A DNA stretch of 64,000 nucleotides, taken from contig CAVONQ010000010.1 of assembly GCA_963697335.1 (NCBI GenBank), positions 75,596 to 139,595 of the forward strand. Direction: 5' to 3'. The translations under genes were made by a program, and so were the position numbers. The notes beneath the pieces are model-generated. The model was not told where the DNA came from. It did no database searches and was given only the letters and a program-made list of their open reading frames with translations. Of the stretch, positions 20,597-32,372 are shown one piece after another. Each line of letters starts with the position of its first letter. Within the stretch, counting starts at the first letter, position 1. This stretch comes from an uncultured cyanobacterium (GTDB lineage Bacteria > Cyanobacteriota > Cyanobacteriia > PCC-6307 > Cyanobiaceae).

Positions 20597-21752
20597 GCAG
20601 AGGTCCTCGTCCACTGAGCAGTTCCACCAGGAAGGCCGAGAACCCCACCATGGCCAGCCTGCCGTTCCACACCTCAGAGCTGTTGTTCCAGCCCCAGGCC
20701 CACTTGTCCTGGGGATAGAGCTTCACCTTGGTGGGCAGGGCGGCCGCCTGATCCAGGTTCACCTCCGGGCCCTCCAGGGCATGCTGCACCAGGTCGGCGA
20801 GGCCGGTGATGAAGGCTGGCGTGGTGTCCAGGGCCGGGACCCGCCGGAAGTTGGTGATGCCCGCCTCAGTGGCGATCTCGCGGTATTCGATATCGATCTC
20901 TTCGAGGGTCTCGATGTGCTCGCTCACGAAGCTGATCGGCACCACCACCAGATCCTTCACCCCCTGCGCCCCGAGATCTTCGAGGGCCTCATCGGTGTAG
21001 GGCCGCAGCCATTCCACCGGCCCGACCCGGCTCTGATAGGCCAGGGTGGAGGGGTTGGCATGGCCCAAGTCGGCTTCCAGCTTGGCCATGATCAGCTCGG
21101 CGCAGGCTTCGATTTCCCGCTGGTAGGGATCCCCGGCCTCGGCCACGTAGCTCTTGGGCACACCATGGGCGCTGAAGAACACGTGGGCAGTGGCCGGCTC
21201 GGGGCACTGGTTGATCTCCTTCGCGATCAGCCCAGCCATGGCGCTGATGTAGCCGGGGTCGTCGAAATAGCTGCGGATGCAGCGGATCGGCAGCCGCTCG
21301 AAGCCAGGGTCAGCCTGGCGCAGGCGTTTGAGCTCGCGGAAGCTGGAGCCGCTGGTGCTGATTGAAAAGTGGGGGTAGAGGGGCAGCACCACCACCTCAT
21401 CCACGCCGTCGGCCTTGATGTCGGCCACGGCCGACTCGGTGAAGGGATGCCAGTAGCGCATCGCCACGTAGCTGGTGGCCTCGATGCCGCGCTGGCGCAG
21501 GCTGCTCTGCAGCTCACGCGCCTGCTGCTCGGTGATGCGACGCAGGGGCGAGCCACCACCGATGGAGCGGTAGGCCTCCTGGGACTTGCCGGCCCGCAGG
21601 CTGCTGATCAGCCAGGCCAGGGGCTTCTGCAGGGCAGGATTGGGCAGCCGGATGATCTCCGGGTCGGAAAAGAGGTTATACAGAAACGGCCCCACGTCCT
21701 GGATCCGCTCGGGACCCCCGAGGTTCAGCAGCAGCACGCCAACCTTGGCCAT
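20577..21752 (-). CDS. hemH: Ferrochelatase with C-terminal CAB/HLIP-like domain
   Basis: [27 protein letters not shown]; tail [12 protein letters not shown]. Confidence 0.97.
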   Translation of the reverse strand: MAKVGVLLLNLGGPERIQDVGPFLYNLFSDPEIIRLPNPALQKPLAWLISSLRAGKSQEAYRSIGGGSPLRRITEQQARELQSSLRQRGIEATSYVAMRYWHPFTESAVADIKADGVDEVVVLPLYPHFSISTSGSSFRELKRLRQADPGFERLPIRCIRSYFDDPGYISAMAGLIAKEINQCPEPATAHVFFSAHGVPKSYVAEAGDPYQREIEACAELIMAKLEADLGHANPSTLAYQSRVGPVEWLRPYTDEALEDLGAQGVKDLVVVPISFVSEHIETLEEIDIEYREIATEAGITNFRRVPALDTTPAFITGLADLVQHALEGPEVNLDQAAALPTKVKLYPQDKWAWGWNNSSEVWNGRLAMVGFSAFLVELLSGRGPLHALGLL

Positions 21753-21893
21753 GCCTTCTGTTCCGTACGGCGTGATGGCCGTGAGCGTAACGCTGCAGGC
21801 CTGGCCCTAGCGGTGCTCGAAAGGCATCGATAGGGTCGGCCCAGTCTGCGCCGCAGCTCTCGCGCCCCGATCCGCTGCCCCTGTGAATCTCCC

Positions 21894-23120
21894 GTGAGCG
21901 CCGCCATGAGCCCCTCTGGGGGCCCGGCTGGAACCGACGCTGCCCTGGCCACGGCCGCCCTGATCAGCCAGCACAATCGGCGCCTGGCGGCCGCTGGCCT
22001 GAGGCTGAGGCTGGAGATGCGCGGCGGCAAGCTCAGCCTGCGGGGCCCCCTGCCCTGCCGCAGCGGGGCGGGCCAGCAGCGGGTGCAGCGGCTGAGCCTG
22101 GCCCTGCCCGCCACGGCGGCCGGGGTGGCGGAGGCCCTCGAAAAGCTGCGGGAGGTGCAGCGCCAGCTGGAGCTGGGCCATTTCGACTGGGCCCGCTGGA
22201 GCCGGCGCCCGGCGGAGCGGCCCGCCAAGCCCGCCTTGGCTGGGGATGCCGGCAGCTGGCAGGCGCAGGTGCAGGCCTTCCAGCAGGCCTTCTTCGCCGA
22301 TCCGCGCCGGCGCCTCAACCCCGCCGGCAGTCGCACCACCTGGAGTGCCGCCTATCGCCCCTACCTGCGGCGGTTGCTCCAGCTGAGCTCCGAAGCGCCT
22401 GGAGCCGGCAGCGAGAGCCTGTTGCGCCGCACCCTCGAGAGCTACGCCCCGGGCAGCCGCAGCCGTCAGCAGTGCGGCACGGCCCTGGCCGCCCTGGCCC
22501 GCGAGCGCCAGCTGGTGCTGCCCCTGGACTGGGCCGCCCAGGCCAGCGGCTATGGGCTGCACCTGGCCCGCTTCCGCCAGCTGCCCAGCGACGCCGAGAT
22601 CCTGGGGTTGCTGGAGCGGATCCCCAACCCAGGCTGGCGGCTGGTGTACGGGCTGCTGGCCACCTACGGCCTGCGCAACCACGAGGCCTTCTTCGCCGAT
22701 CTCTCCGCCCTGGCCCCGGGGGCTGACCGGGTGATCCGGGTGCTGCCCACCAGCAAGACCGGGGAGCACCAGGTGTGGCCGTTTCAGCCGCACTGGGTGG
22801 ATCACTTCGGCCTGGCGGCCCTTGCTGGCGGAGCCGCCGCCCTGCCGCCGGTGTCCACAGACCTGGGGCGCACCACCCTGCAGCAGGTGGGCCGGCGGGT
22901 GGCGGAGCAGTTCCGGCGTTATGAGCTGCCGATCACCCCCTACGACCTGCGCCACGCCTGGGCCGTGCGCACGATCCACATCGGCTTGCCCGACACCGTG
23001 GCGGCCCGGATGATGGGCCATTCCGTGGCGATCCACACCCGCACCTACCACCACTGGATCACCCGCCGCGACCAGCAGCAGGCCGTCGATGCGGCCCTGG
23101 CCCGGCGCCCCGGCGCCTGA
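21894..23120 (+). CDS. Site-specific tyrosine recombinase (XisA-like)
   Basis: YGLRNHE, SKTG, PYDLRHAWA, MGHS, TYHHWI catalytic set. Confidence 0.88.
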   Translation: MSAAMSPSGGPAGTDAALATAALISQHNRRLAAAGLRLRLEMRGGKLSLRGPLPCRSGAGQQRVQRLSLALPATAAGVAEALEKLREVQRQLELGHFDWARWSRRPAERPAKPALAGDAGSWQAQVQAFQQAFFADPRRRLNPAGSRTTWSAAYRPYLRRLLQLSSEAPGAGSESLLRRTLESYAPGSRSRQQCGTALAALARERQLVLPLDWAAQASGYGLHLARFRQLPSDAEILGLLERIPNPGWRLVYGLLATYGLRNHEAFFADLSALAPGADRVIRVLPTSKTGEHQVWPFQPHWVDHFGLAALAGGAAALPPVSTDLGRTTLQQVGRRVAEQFRRYELPITPYDLRHAWAVRTIHIGLPDTVAARMMGHSVAIHTRTYHHWITRRDQQQAVDAALARRPGA

Positions 23121-23193
23121 ATGGGCCCGCCCAGCCGGGCTGTGGGCGGGTCAGAGTGGCGCGGCGCCGTCTCCCGTTCCCCGCTCCCCGCCG

Positions 23194-23859
23194 ATGCCGG
23201 ATTCCAGCCTCGATCAGATCGCCCAGGACCTTGGCCCCGGCGGCGCCCTCGCCCCCGAGCCGGACCAGGAGGGCTACCAGCGCCGCATGGCCCGCCGTAA
23301 GGAGGTGCAGCAGCAGCGGGTGGGGGAGCGCTCCCTGGAGAAGGGGCTGGTGCTGGTGTTCACCGGCCAGGGCAAGGGCAAGACCACGGCGGCCCTCGGC
23401 CTGGTGCTGCGCACCCTGGGTCATGACGAGAAGGTGGCGGTGGTGCAGTTCATCAAGGGCGGCTGGCAGCCCGGGGAGGCCCGGGCCCTGGCCGTGTTCG
23501 GAGAGGCCCTGCACTGGCATGCCCTCGGCGAGGGCTTCACCTGGGAAACCCAGGACCGGGAGCGCGACCGGGCCCTGGTGCAGAGGGCCTGGGAGCGCTC
23601 CTGCGCCTACCTCGCGGATCCCGAGCGCAAGCTGGTGGTGCTCGATGAGGTGAACGTGGCCCTCAAGCTGGGTTACCTGGCGGTGGACCAGTTGCTGGAG
23701 GGCCTGGCCCTGCGGCCGCCCCTCACCCACGTCGCCCTCACCGGACGCGGAGCCCCGGCGGAGCTGCTGGAGCGGGCCGATCTGGTCACCGAGATGACCC
23801 TGGTGCGCCATCCGTTCCGCGAGCAGGGCGTCAAGGCCCAGGCCGGCATCGAATACTGA
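23194..23859 (+). CDS. cobO: Cob(I)yrinic acid a,c-diamide adenosyltransferase
   Basis: TGQGKGKTTAA, QFIKG, GEGFTW, LDE, TGR, ADLVTEM. Confidence 0.94.
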   Translation: MPDSSLDQIAQDLGPGGALAPEPDQEGYQRRMARRKEVQQQRVGERSLEKGLVLVFTGQGKGKTTAALGLVLRTLGHDEKVAVVQFIKGGWQPGEARALAVFGEALHWHALGEGFTWETQDRERDRALVQRAWERSCAYLADPERKLVVLDEVNVALKLGYLAVDQLLEGLALRPPLTHVALTGRGAPAELLERADLVTEMTLVRHPFREQGVKAQAGIEY

Positions 23860-23898
23860 AGTCGGCAGTGATGCTGCCAGACAAGCCGCTGGGCCAGA

Positions 23899-24925
<1,027 letters not shown>

Positions 24926-25009
24926 CGCGCCCTGGCTCAGCCGTGAGTACTCTCCCCACGGTTCTCGATCAGCGACTCCGCCAGCCCCAGCCATCCCGCA
25001 GCACCCGCC

Positions 25010-25549
25010 ATGGACCTCGAAGCCAGCATGCGCAAGTCGGTGGATGCCGCTCTGCGCAACTTCAACACCATCCGCACCGGCAGGGCCAACCCCTCCCTCC
25101 TCGACAAGATCAGCGTGGAGTACTACGGCGCTGAAACGCCGCTCAAATCCCTCGCCAGCCTCTCCACCCCCGACTCCCAGACCATTCAGATCCAGCCCTT
25201 CGACATGGGCGCCATGGGGCTGATCGAAAAGGCGATCTCGATGAGCGATCTGGGCCTTACCTGCAACAACGACGGCCGCCTGATCCGCATCAACATCCCC
25301 CCCCTCACCGAAGACCGGCGCAAGGAGCTCTGCAAGATCGCGGCCAAGTACGCCGAGGAGGGCAAGGTGGCCCTGCGCAACAACCGGCGCGATGGCATCG
25401 ACCGGATCAAGAAGCAGGAGAAGGACGGCGACCTCTCCGAGGACCAGAGCCGCGACGAGCAGGACAAGGTGCAGAAGTTGACCGACCGGTTCATCGCCGA
25501 ACTGGAGAAGCATCTGGCTGAGAAGGAAGCCGAAATCCTCAAGGTGTGA
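25010..25549 (+). CDS. frr: Ribosome recycling factor
   Basis: [21 protein letters not shown]; follows pyrH. Confidence 0.97.
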   Translation: MDLEASMRKSVDAALRNFNTIRTGRANPSLLDKISVEYYGAETPLKSLASLSTPDSQTIQIQPFDMGAMGLIEKAISMSDLGLTCNNDGRLIRINIPPLTEDRRKELCKIAAKYAEEGKVALRNNRRDGIDRIKKQEKDGDLSEDQSRDEQDKVQKLTDRFIAELEKHLAEKEAEILKV

Positions 25550-25559
25550 GTGCTCCGCC

Positions 25560-26714
25560 GTGAGTCTCCTGGCGGGCTGCAGGCCCGAGGTGATCGTGGT
25601 GGGTGCCGGTGCCGCCGGCGCTGCGGCGGCTTTCCACCTTGCCCGGCTTGGCCGCGAGGTGCTGCTCCTCGACGGCGCCGCCTTCCCACGCAACAAGCCC
25701 TGTGGCGGGGGCATGGCGGCCTCGGTGCAGCGCTGGTTCCCCTTCGATCTGAGCCCCGCCGTCGACACCGTGATCGAGCGGGTGAGGTTCACCTGGGCCC
25801 TGCAGGATCCAGTGCTGGCGGAGCTGCCGGGGGAGTCGCCCTTCTGGATCGTGCGCCGCTCCCGCCTGGATGCCTTCCTTACTGAACAGGGTGTGGAGGC
25901 TGGCGTGCGCTTTCAACCCAGCACCAAGGTGGGCAGCCTCAGGCCCGTACCGGGGGGCTGGCGCGTGGAGGTGGAGGGCCCTGATGGAGTGCCGCTGAGC
26001 CTGCAGGCCAGGGCTGTGGTGGTGGCCGATGGCTCCGGTTCGCGGCTGGCCGGCCCCCTGGGTCTGGGTCCGCGGCGGCCCCGCTTCGCCTCCACCGTGT
26101 CGGTGGAGCTGGAGGGGGAGGTGAGCGACCCGGCGGCGGCCCGCTTTGATTTCGGCCTGGTGCGCCAGGGGTTCTGCTGGGCCTTCCCGCGTCAGGGGGG
26201 CTACAGCATCGGCCTCGGCACCTTCGTGGGACGCGACCCGGTGGCGGCCGAAGCCGTGTTGTCACGCCTGTTGCCCAGCCTCGGTTTTGCCCCAGGGGAC
26301 GGCGTGCGCAGCGCCGGCCAGCTGCGGCTCTGGGATGGCCACCACGCCCTGCATGGCGATGGGGTGGTACTGGCCGGCGATGCGGCCTCCCTGTGCGATC
26401 CCTTCCTGGCCGAGGGGCTGCGGCCGGCCCTGCTCAGCGGCTGCGAGGCCGCCTTCGCCGTCGATCGCTGGCTCGGAGGAGAGGCCGGGGCTCTGGCGGC
26501 CTACAGCGTCGCCATGCGGCGCGAGTGGGGTGAGTCGATGGCCTGGGGCCGGCGCATGGCCCAGGTGTTCTACCGGGTGCCCCGGGTGGGCTATCAGCTC
26601 GGCATCAAGCGCCCCACGGCGCCGCGGCGTATCGCCCAGATCCTCTCCGGGGAGATGGGCTATGGCGACATCGCCCAGCGGGTGATCCGCCGACTGCTGC
26701 TGCGCAAGAGCTGA
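25560..26714 (+). CDS. Geranylgeranyl reductase-family flavoprotein
   Basis: GAGAAG, FPRNKPCGGG, WAFP, GDAASLCDPFLAEG. Confidence 0.85.
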   Translation: MSLLAGCRPEVIVVGAGAAGAAAAFHLARLGREVLLLDGAAFPRNKPCGGGMAASVQRWFPFDLSPAVDTVIERVRFTWALQDPVLAELPGESPFWIVRRSRLDAFLTEQGVEAGVRFQPSTKVGSLRPVPGGWRVEVEGPDGVPLSLQARAVVVADGSGSRLAGPLGLGPRRPRFASTVSVELEGEVSDPAAARFDFGLVRQGFCWAFPRQGGYSIGLGTFVGRDPVAAEAVLSRLLPSLGFAPGDGVRSAGQLRLWDGHHALHGDGVVLAGDAASLCDPFLAEGLRPALLSGCEAAFAVDRWLGGEAGALAAYSVAMRREWGESMAWGRRMAQVFYRVPRVGYQLGIKRPTAPRRIAQILSGEMGYGDIAQRVIRRLLLRKS

Positions 26715-26725
26715 AGCCGGCAAAC

Positions 26726-27103
26726 TCAGATCCGGGTGCAGTCCTTGAGTTGGCGCAGGCGCTTGTCGATGGAGCCCAGCAGCTCGATGGCGAACATCGG
26801 TGATTCCTGGACGGCGAACAGAAACTTCTCGCGGTTCATGACCAGCAGCCGGCAAGGGGTGAGGGCCCGGGCATTGCCGTAGCGGCGGTGCTCACTGGTG
26901 ACCAGGGCGCCAGCCCCAAACACATCGCCGGCATTGATCTGTTCATGGCCCTGGTCACCGTTCCAGGTGAGCTCAACGCGCCCCTCCAGGAGGCCGAACA
27001 TGCAGTCGCCGGATTCGCCCGAGCCGAAGATCAGGGAACCGGGCTCAACGCTGACCACCTCGCCGGTGCTGGCGAGGGCGCGCATGGTGCGAAGGGCGTT
27101 CAA
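26726..27103 (-). CDS. Stand-alone cyclic-nucleotide-binding domain protein
   Basis: IFGSGESGD, LLEGRV, GDVFG, R..NARA; no HTH. Confidence 0.82.
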   Translation of the reverse strand: MNALRTMRALASTGEVVSVEPGSLIFGSGESGDCMFGLLEGRVELTWNGDQGHEQINAGDVFGAGALVTSEHRRYGNARALTPCRLLVMNREKFLFAVQESPMFAIELLGSIDKRLRQLKDCTRI

Positions 27104-27161
27104 TCAGCTGGCTCCATGGTGCGGCGGCACCAGTCTGCCCCGTGGGGGAAGGGCATCGTGC

Positions 27162-28334
27162 TCAGCGACCGGCCAGGGCCAGGGCCGCCCCGAGGCCGCC
27201 GCGCACATCCTCAGGGGCCAGCCGACCGTCCTTGTCGGTGTCGAGGGCGTCGAAGACGGCATCGCTGCCGAGCCACTCCTCGCGGGTGATGCAGCCGTCC
27301 CCGTCCAGATCATTGAGCAGGAAAATCTCATGCACCGCATGGCCGAAGGCGGCACCTCCCTCGAGCTCCCCCAGCCGATGGGCCAACTGGGCCTCCAGGG
27401 TTTCGATCGCCTTGATGAAGCCGCCGATCCCTTCATCGAGCTTCTCGGTGGCCATGGGGTCCTCGGCCAGCATGGCCCGGTAGGCGGCCTCGTCGAGGTG
27501 CACCTGGGAGCGGGTCGGGGCCGGATCAAAGGCGTTGAGCTTGCGCTCCAGGGTGCCCTGGCTGCCGCGCAGCTGGGCCAGCAGGGCGGGGGAAATGGTG
27601 AGCAGGTCGCAGCCGGCCAGTTCGATGATCTCGTCGGTGTTGCGGAAGCTGGCTCCCATCACCTCGGTCTTGTAGCCGTAGGTCTTGTAGTAGTTGAAGA
27701 TCTCCGTCACCGACACCACGCCCGGATCCTCGGGGCCGGGATAGCTGTCGCGACCGGTGCTCTTCTTGTACCAGTCGAGGATGCGGCCCACGAATGGGGA
27801 GATCAGGGTGACGCCAGCCTCGGCGCAGGCCACGGCCTGGGCAAAGGAGAACAGCAGGGTGAGGTTGCAGTGGATGCCCTCCTGTTCCAGGGCTTCGGCG
27901 GCCCGGATGCCCTCCCAGGTGGAGGCCACCTTGATCAGCACCCGGTCCTTGCCGATGCCGGCTTCGGCGTAGAGCTCGATCAGCCGCCGCGCCTTGGCGA
28001 TCGTGGCCTCGGTGTCGTAGCTGAGGCGCGCGTCCACTTCGGTGGACACCCGGCCTGGCACGATCTTGAGGATCTCCTTGCCGAAGGTGACGCAGATCTC
28101 ATCGAGGGCTTCGCGCACCACCGCGTCGGCACCGGCCTCGACACCCATCACCGCCCTCGACTCCCTCAGGGACCGGTCGATCAAGTCTTGATAGGTCGGG
28201 ATCTGGGCCGCCGCCAGGATCAGGGAGGGGTTGGTGGTGGCATCCCGGGGCGTGAACTGCTGGATGGCCTCGATGTCGCCGGTGTCCGCGACCACCACGG
28301 TCATGGCGGACAGTTGGTCGAGCAGATTGGCCAT
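27162..28334 (-). CDS. tal: Transaldolase with C-terminal EF-hand pair
   Basis: [38 protein letters not shown]; tail [12 protein letters not shown] and [12 protein letters not shown]. Confidence 0.95.
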   Translation of the reverse strand: MANLLDQLSAMTVVVADTGDIEAIQQFTPRDATTNPSLILAAAQIPTYQDLIDRSLRESRAVMGVEAGADAVVREALDEICVTFGKEILKIVPGRVSTEVDARLSYDTEATIAKARRLIELYAEAGIGKDRVLIKVASTWEGIRAAEALEQEGIHCNLTLLFSFAQAVACAEAGVTLISPFVGRILDWYKKSTGRDSYPGPEDPGVVSVTEIFNYYKTYGYKTEVMGASFRNTDEIIELAGCDLLTISPALLAQLRGSQGTLERKLNAFDPAPTRSQVHLDEAAYRAMLAEDPMATEKLDEGIGGFIKAIETLEAQLAHRLGELEGGAAFGHAVHEIFLLNDLDGDGCITREEWLGSDAVFDALDTDKDGRLAPEDVRGGLGAALALAGR

Positions 28335-28433
28335 GGAGGCTGGGTGCTGGTGCCTCTGCACGCTAGCCAGAACGCCGCTGGCGCCCCTCAAGGCCCGTGC
28401 TCCTTGCGTGAATGGCCACACAGCTGCGCCCGC

Positions 28434-30284
28434 TCACCCCGCGGCCGGGTTGGCCGCCTTGCTCGGGGTGGCGCCCAGGGCCTTGGGATCGGAGGGGGGC
28501 AGTTGCTCCAGCACCAGCAGGGCGTCGATGATCTTGCGGGCCACGGGGGCCGCCACGGTGGAGCCGTAGGTGTTGCCGCCCTTGGGCTCATCCACCACCA
28601 CCAGCACCACGTAGCGGGGATCGTCGATCGGCAGATGGCCCACGAAGCTGGTGATCAGGGCTCCAGGGATGTACACGCCGCGCTCGGCCTTCTGGGCGGT
28701 GCCGGTCTTGCCGCCGATCCGGTAGCCGGGGATGTGGATGCCCAGGCTCTTGCTGTTGGCCACCACGCTTTCCATCCAGCCCATCACCACTTTGGTGACC
28801 TCCGGATCCAGCACCTGCAGGCCCCCACCGCCGGGAGCCGGCGCCAGGGCGTCGCCAGAGCGCAGGCCCCGGGTGATGTGGGGGCTCACCAGGCGGCCGC
28901 CGTTGGCGAGCATGGCGTGCAGCTGGGCCAGTTTCAGGGGAGTGAGCGAGAAGCCCTGGCCGAAGGCCGCCACGGCGGGCTCGATCGGATGGCTGATGAA
29001 GGTCTTGCGGTCCTTGAGTTCGCCTGCCACGGCGCCCGGCAGGTCGGTGTCGGGTCGCTCGTCGATGCCGATCGTGCTCAGCCACTGCCAGAAGCGCTCC
29101 CGCTTCACCTTGCCCATCGCCTTCACCATCGCCACGTTGCTGGAGGCCTCCAGCACCGTCGGGAAGTCAATCAGGCCGTTGCCCTGGCGGTTGTGGTTGA
29201 AGATCGGCCAGCCGCCGATGCTCAGGGAGCCGTTGTCGAACACCTTGCCGTCCGCCTGGATGGCCTTCTCCTGCAGGGCGAGGGCCAGGTTGATCGGCTT
29301 GAAGGTGGAGCCCGGCTCGTAGAGGTCCTGCACGGACCACTCGCGGAACAGGCCCGGCTTGTAGCTCCAGAACCGGTTGGGGTCGTAGGTGGGCACCGAG
29401 GCCAACGCGAGCATCTCGCCATTGCGCACGTCCATCACCAGGGCGACGCCGCGCTTGGCCTTCCACTTGCTCACCTGATCTAGGAGAGCCTTCTGGGCCA
29501 CCTGCTGCAGGCGGGCGTCGAGGGTGAGCTGGAGCCTGAGGTCGTCGCCGTAGAGGGAGCCGGCGGCCAGGCCCTCCGGCAGGGGAGTGCCATCGGCGCC
29601 GCGGCGCATCCGCAGGGTGGTCTCGTTGCGCTGCAGGTCGCTGTCGCGGCTCTGCTCGAGTCCCGCCTGGGGCACCCGTTCCAGGTTGAGGAAGCCCACC
29701 ACATTGGCGAACAGGCTGCCCTGGGGATACACCCGCTGGGGGTAGGCCTCCAGATCGATGCCGCTGATGTTGAGCCGGCGGATGCGGTCGGCGGTTTCGG
29801 GATCGATGTCAGTGCCGAGTTTCACGCCGCTGGGGCGGCCTGCCATCCTCTGCAGCAGGGTCTCGCTGGGCTGGGCCAGCACCGCGCCAAGGCGGCTGGC
29901 CACCTCGTCAGGACGGCGCAGCTTCTGGGGATCGTCGCCGGGAAAGTTGAAGTAGCGCGGGTGGGCCCAGAGCGTGAAGCGCTCCTCATCGAGGGCCACC
30001 AGGCGGCCGTTGCGATCCACGATCGTGCGGCGCTTGCCGAGCGGCGCCACCGACTGGGTCTGAATCGCCCGGGCCCGGTTCTGGAGGTTCTGGGTGTCGA
30101 TCACCTGCAGCCAGGCCAGCCGCGCCCCCAGGCCCAGCAGACCCGCGCTCAGCAGGCCATAGACCAGCAGCAGGCGGTGGGTCGGCAGGGGCTGCATGGC
30201 CACCACCCGTTCGGAGCGGGCAGGACGGCCAGGCCTGGCGGTGCGGGGCAGACGGGGGGTGTGGGGAGGGGCTTGCTGGGCCAT
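28434..30284 (-). CDS. ftsI: Class B penicillin-binding protein (FtsI/PBP3-like)
   Basis: One TM, IVDRNG, EPGSTFK (SxxK), SSN, KTGTAQK. Confidence 0.9.
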   Translation of the reverse strand: MAQQAPPHTPRLPRTARPGRPARSERVVAMQPLPTHRLLLVYGLLSAGLLGLGARLAWLQVIDTQNLQNRARAIQTQSVAPLGKRRTIVDRNGRLVALDEERFTLWAHPRYFNFPGDDPQKLRRPDEVASRLGAVLAQPSETLLQRMAGRPSGVKLGTDIDPETADRIRRLNISGIDLEAYPQRVYPQGSLFANVVGFLNLERVPQAGLEQSRDSDLQRNETTLRMRRGADGTPLPEGLAAGSLYGDDLRLQLTLDARLQQVAQKALLDQVSKWKAKRGVALVMDVRNGEMLALASVPTYDPNRFWSYKPGLFREWSVQDLYEPGSTFKPINLALALQEKAIQADGKVFDNGSLSIGGWPIFNHNRQGNGLIDFPTVLEASSNVAMVKAMGKVKRERFWQWLSTIGIDERPDTDLPGAVAGELKDRKTFISHPIEPAVAAFGQGFSLTPLKLAQLHAMLANGGRLVSPHITRGLRSGDALAPAPGGGGLQVLDPEVTKVVMGWMESVVANSKSLGIHIPGYRIGGKTGTAQKAERGVYIPGALITSFVGHLPIDDPRYVVLVVVDEPKGGNTYGSTVAAPVARKIIDALLVLEQLPPSDPKALGATPSKAANPAAG

Positions 30285-30324
30285 GGCTGGGGAGGGCCGA
30301 CGGGGTGGGCTGCGGTCGGCGGAC

Positions 30325-30834
30325 TCAGTAACCCGCTGGGATCCGGTGGATCTCGAGGCTGCTCAGCAGGGGCTCGGTGGGGTGGGGGGGAAGGCTCTGG
30401 GCCATGGGCAGGTGAATCAGCTGGTGGCTGGCGGTGGGCACGAGCTGGCCGGGCTTGCCCACGACACTGAGGTGGTGCTGCTCCAGCAGAGCAGCAGACT
30501 CCTGCAGCCGGTGCTCGAGCACCTGGGCCGATTCCAGGGCCTGATAGCTCTGTCCCCAGTGGTTCTGCCAGTGCAGGGTGAGGCCACTGAGCCCCAGCAT
30601 GCAGAGACCCAGGCCGACCAGGGCACCATCGGCCACCCTGTGCAGTCCGGCCAGCCAGGGGGCCCGCCGGGCCACCTTCTGACCCGAAAGCGAGCCCTGG
30701 ATCAGTTGGAGCGGGGCGCCGTCGACACCGCGGTGGATTCCCGTGGCCCGGGTGGCAGGGACAGGAAACACGGCGGTGGGGCCCTCAAGGGGCTGGCGGG
30801 TGGAGGCCTGCGAGGGGGCGAACGAGGCGACCAC
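30325..30834 (-). CDS. Single-TM coiled-coil protein upstream of ftsI (FtsL-like position)
   Basis: One TM followed by a heptad-like segment; start inferred at GTG 30834. Confidence 0.6.
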   Translation of the reverse strand: MVASFAPSQASTRQPLEGPTAVFPVPATRATGIHRGVDGAPLQLIQGSLSGQKVARRAPWLAGLHRVADGALVGLGLCMLGLSGLTLHWQNHWGQSYQALESAQVLEHRLQESAALLEQHHLSVVGKPGQLVPTASHQLIHLPMAQSLPPHPTEPLLSSLEIHRIPAGY

Positions 30835-30890
30835 GGATGCAGCGGAACACTGCGCAAGTGAACCACCCCGCCGCTGCCTCAGCAAGGCTT

Positions 30891-32369
30891 CTATCCGGCC
30901 AGCAACAGCAGGTTGGCGAAGGTGAAGCCATTCCACAGGGCGTGCACCAGCACGCAGCTCCCGAGTCGACCGCCGCGCAGCCGCAGCCAGCCCAGCCCCA
31001 GCCCCAGCACCATCAGCGGGGCCAGCTCATTCAGGCTGAGGTGGGCAGCCGCGAAGATCAGGGCACTGAGCAGCACGGCCGGGCCGGCACCGACCCGCTG
31101 CCCCAGCACCGGAAGCAGCACACCGCGGAACAGGGTTTCCTCAAACAGGGGAGCCAGCAGCACTGCGGTCACCGCCAAACAGGCGAGGGCCAGGGGCTGG
31201 CCTGTGGTGAGCACCAGTTCGAGCAGCGGGTTGCTGCCGCCCTGATCGCCGGCGACCTGGTCTGTGATCCAGCCCACCAGGGCCACCAGGGGCAGCAGCA
31301 TCAGCATCACCTGGAGCGCCTGCCCGGCGCTGTTCCCGAACGGGCGCCAGCGCCACTGCAGCCCCCTGGAGGTGGCTTCCGCGAGGGTCTCCTCCCTGGC
31401 CCGGCCCCCCATCTGGGCCCAGAGGATGGTGAGTGGCGCCAGCATCAGGGCCATGTAGAGCAGCAGCACCTGCAGGCCCTGCTGCAGGGCAGGCTCGCCG
31501 TTGAGGGGGCTCAGCAGGGCGCGCAGGACCGGGCTCAGCAGCAGGGGCACGGCGAGTTCCCCCAGCACCACAAAACCGCCGGCGATCAGCAGGGTCACGT
31601 CCACCAGGTCCAGGGGTGGCCCCTGCAGGGGCGGCGCCGCCGGGGCCTGGCCCCGCAGCTGCTGCCAGGCCTGGCGCAGCAGCAGCCCCACGCCCAGCAG
31701 CAGCAGCAGCCCCGGGGCCCAGCTCACCCCCACCAGCCGCCACAGGGCCTGCTGCGCTGCGCTGGTGCTGCCACAGCCCTGGGGGGCCTGGCTAAGCCCC
31801 TCACAGAGCAGCCGCTCGGTGAGCGGCCGCAGGGTCCAGGGCTGTTGCAGGGTGTCCAGCTGGGAGCTCTCCAACCGCTGTCCCCGTTCCAGGGCCGCCA
31901 CCAGGGCCCTCTGGTCACTGGGGATCTGCTCCTGCAGGCGCTCCCGCAGCTGGCTGGCCTCAGCGTTCTGGCCCTGGCGCTGTTGCAGCAGGGCGAGCTG
32001 CAGCAGGGGCTCGCCCTGGCCTGGGCCCGGATCGGCATCGTCCTGATCGAGCAGGGACTGGCGCAGCTCATCGAGGGGGTCCGCCCCGGTGAGCAGGGGC
32101 TGTAGCGAGGGGGGCGCCGCAGGCATGGCGAGGGCCCGCAGCTCCAGCTGCCGCTGGTCCAGGGCCCCGGTCACGGTGGGTTTCTCCAGGCTGAGCAGCA
32201 GGCCGTTCAGCCAGAGCAGGCCAGTGATCAACAGGCAGAGCAGGGCCAGAAGGGTTTTCCAGGCCGGCGTTCTCGAGCCACGGGCGTTCAAGCTGGCGTC
32301 CTGCGGAGGGGAGGGGATGGCCCGATTCTGTCCTCGCGCTCCCTCCTGAGGCCCCAACAGCGCTCCCAT
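30891..32369 (-). CDS. CPBP (CAAX/Abi) intramembrane glutamic endopeptidase
   Basis: APLFEETLFRG, FAAAH, HALWN; start uncertain. Confidence 0.88.
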   Translation of the reverse strand: MGALLGPQEGARGQNRAIPSPPQDASLNARGSRTPAWKTLLALLCLLITGLLWLNGLLLSLEKPTVTGALDQRQLELRALAMPAAPPSLQPLLTGADPLDELRQSLLDQDDADPGPGQGEPLLQLALLQQRQGQNAEASQLRERLQEQIPSDQRALVAALERGQRLESSQLDTLQQPWTLRPLTERLLCEGLSQAPQGCGSTSAAQQALWRLVGVSWAPGLLLLLGVGLLLRQAWQQLRGQAPAAPPLQGPPLDLVDVTLLIAGGFVVLGELAVPLLLSPVLRALLSPLNGEPALQQGLQVLLLYMALMLAPLTILWAQMGGRAREETLAEATSRGLQWRWRPFGNSAGQALQVMLMLLPLVALVGWITDQVAGDQGGSNPLLELVLTTGQPLALACLAVTAVLLAPLFEETLFRGVLLPVLGQRVGAGPAVLLSALIFAAAHLSLNELAPLMVLGLGLGWLRLRGGRLGSCVLVHALWNGFTFANLLLLAG

Positions 32370-32372
32370 ACG

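Noticed and set aside
20577..20700. Separate hli gene at the end of hemH
   Set aside because: It is the known in-frame CAB domain of cyanobacterial ferrochelatase.
21800..23200. Integrative element or prophage around the recombinase
   Set aside because: No cargo, tRNA, att-like repeats or compositional shift seen; both neighbours are housekeeping genes.
26898..29483. Long antisense ORFs (also 40357-42396, 42084-44210, 44111-46231, 48096-50426, 49724-52135)
   Set aside because: Shadow frames of well-identified genes, expected from high GC3 and few stops; they carry no recognisable motifs.
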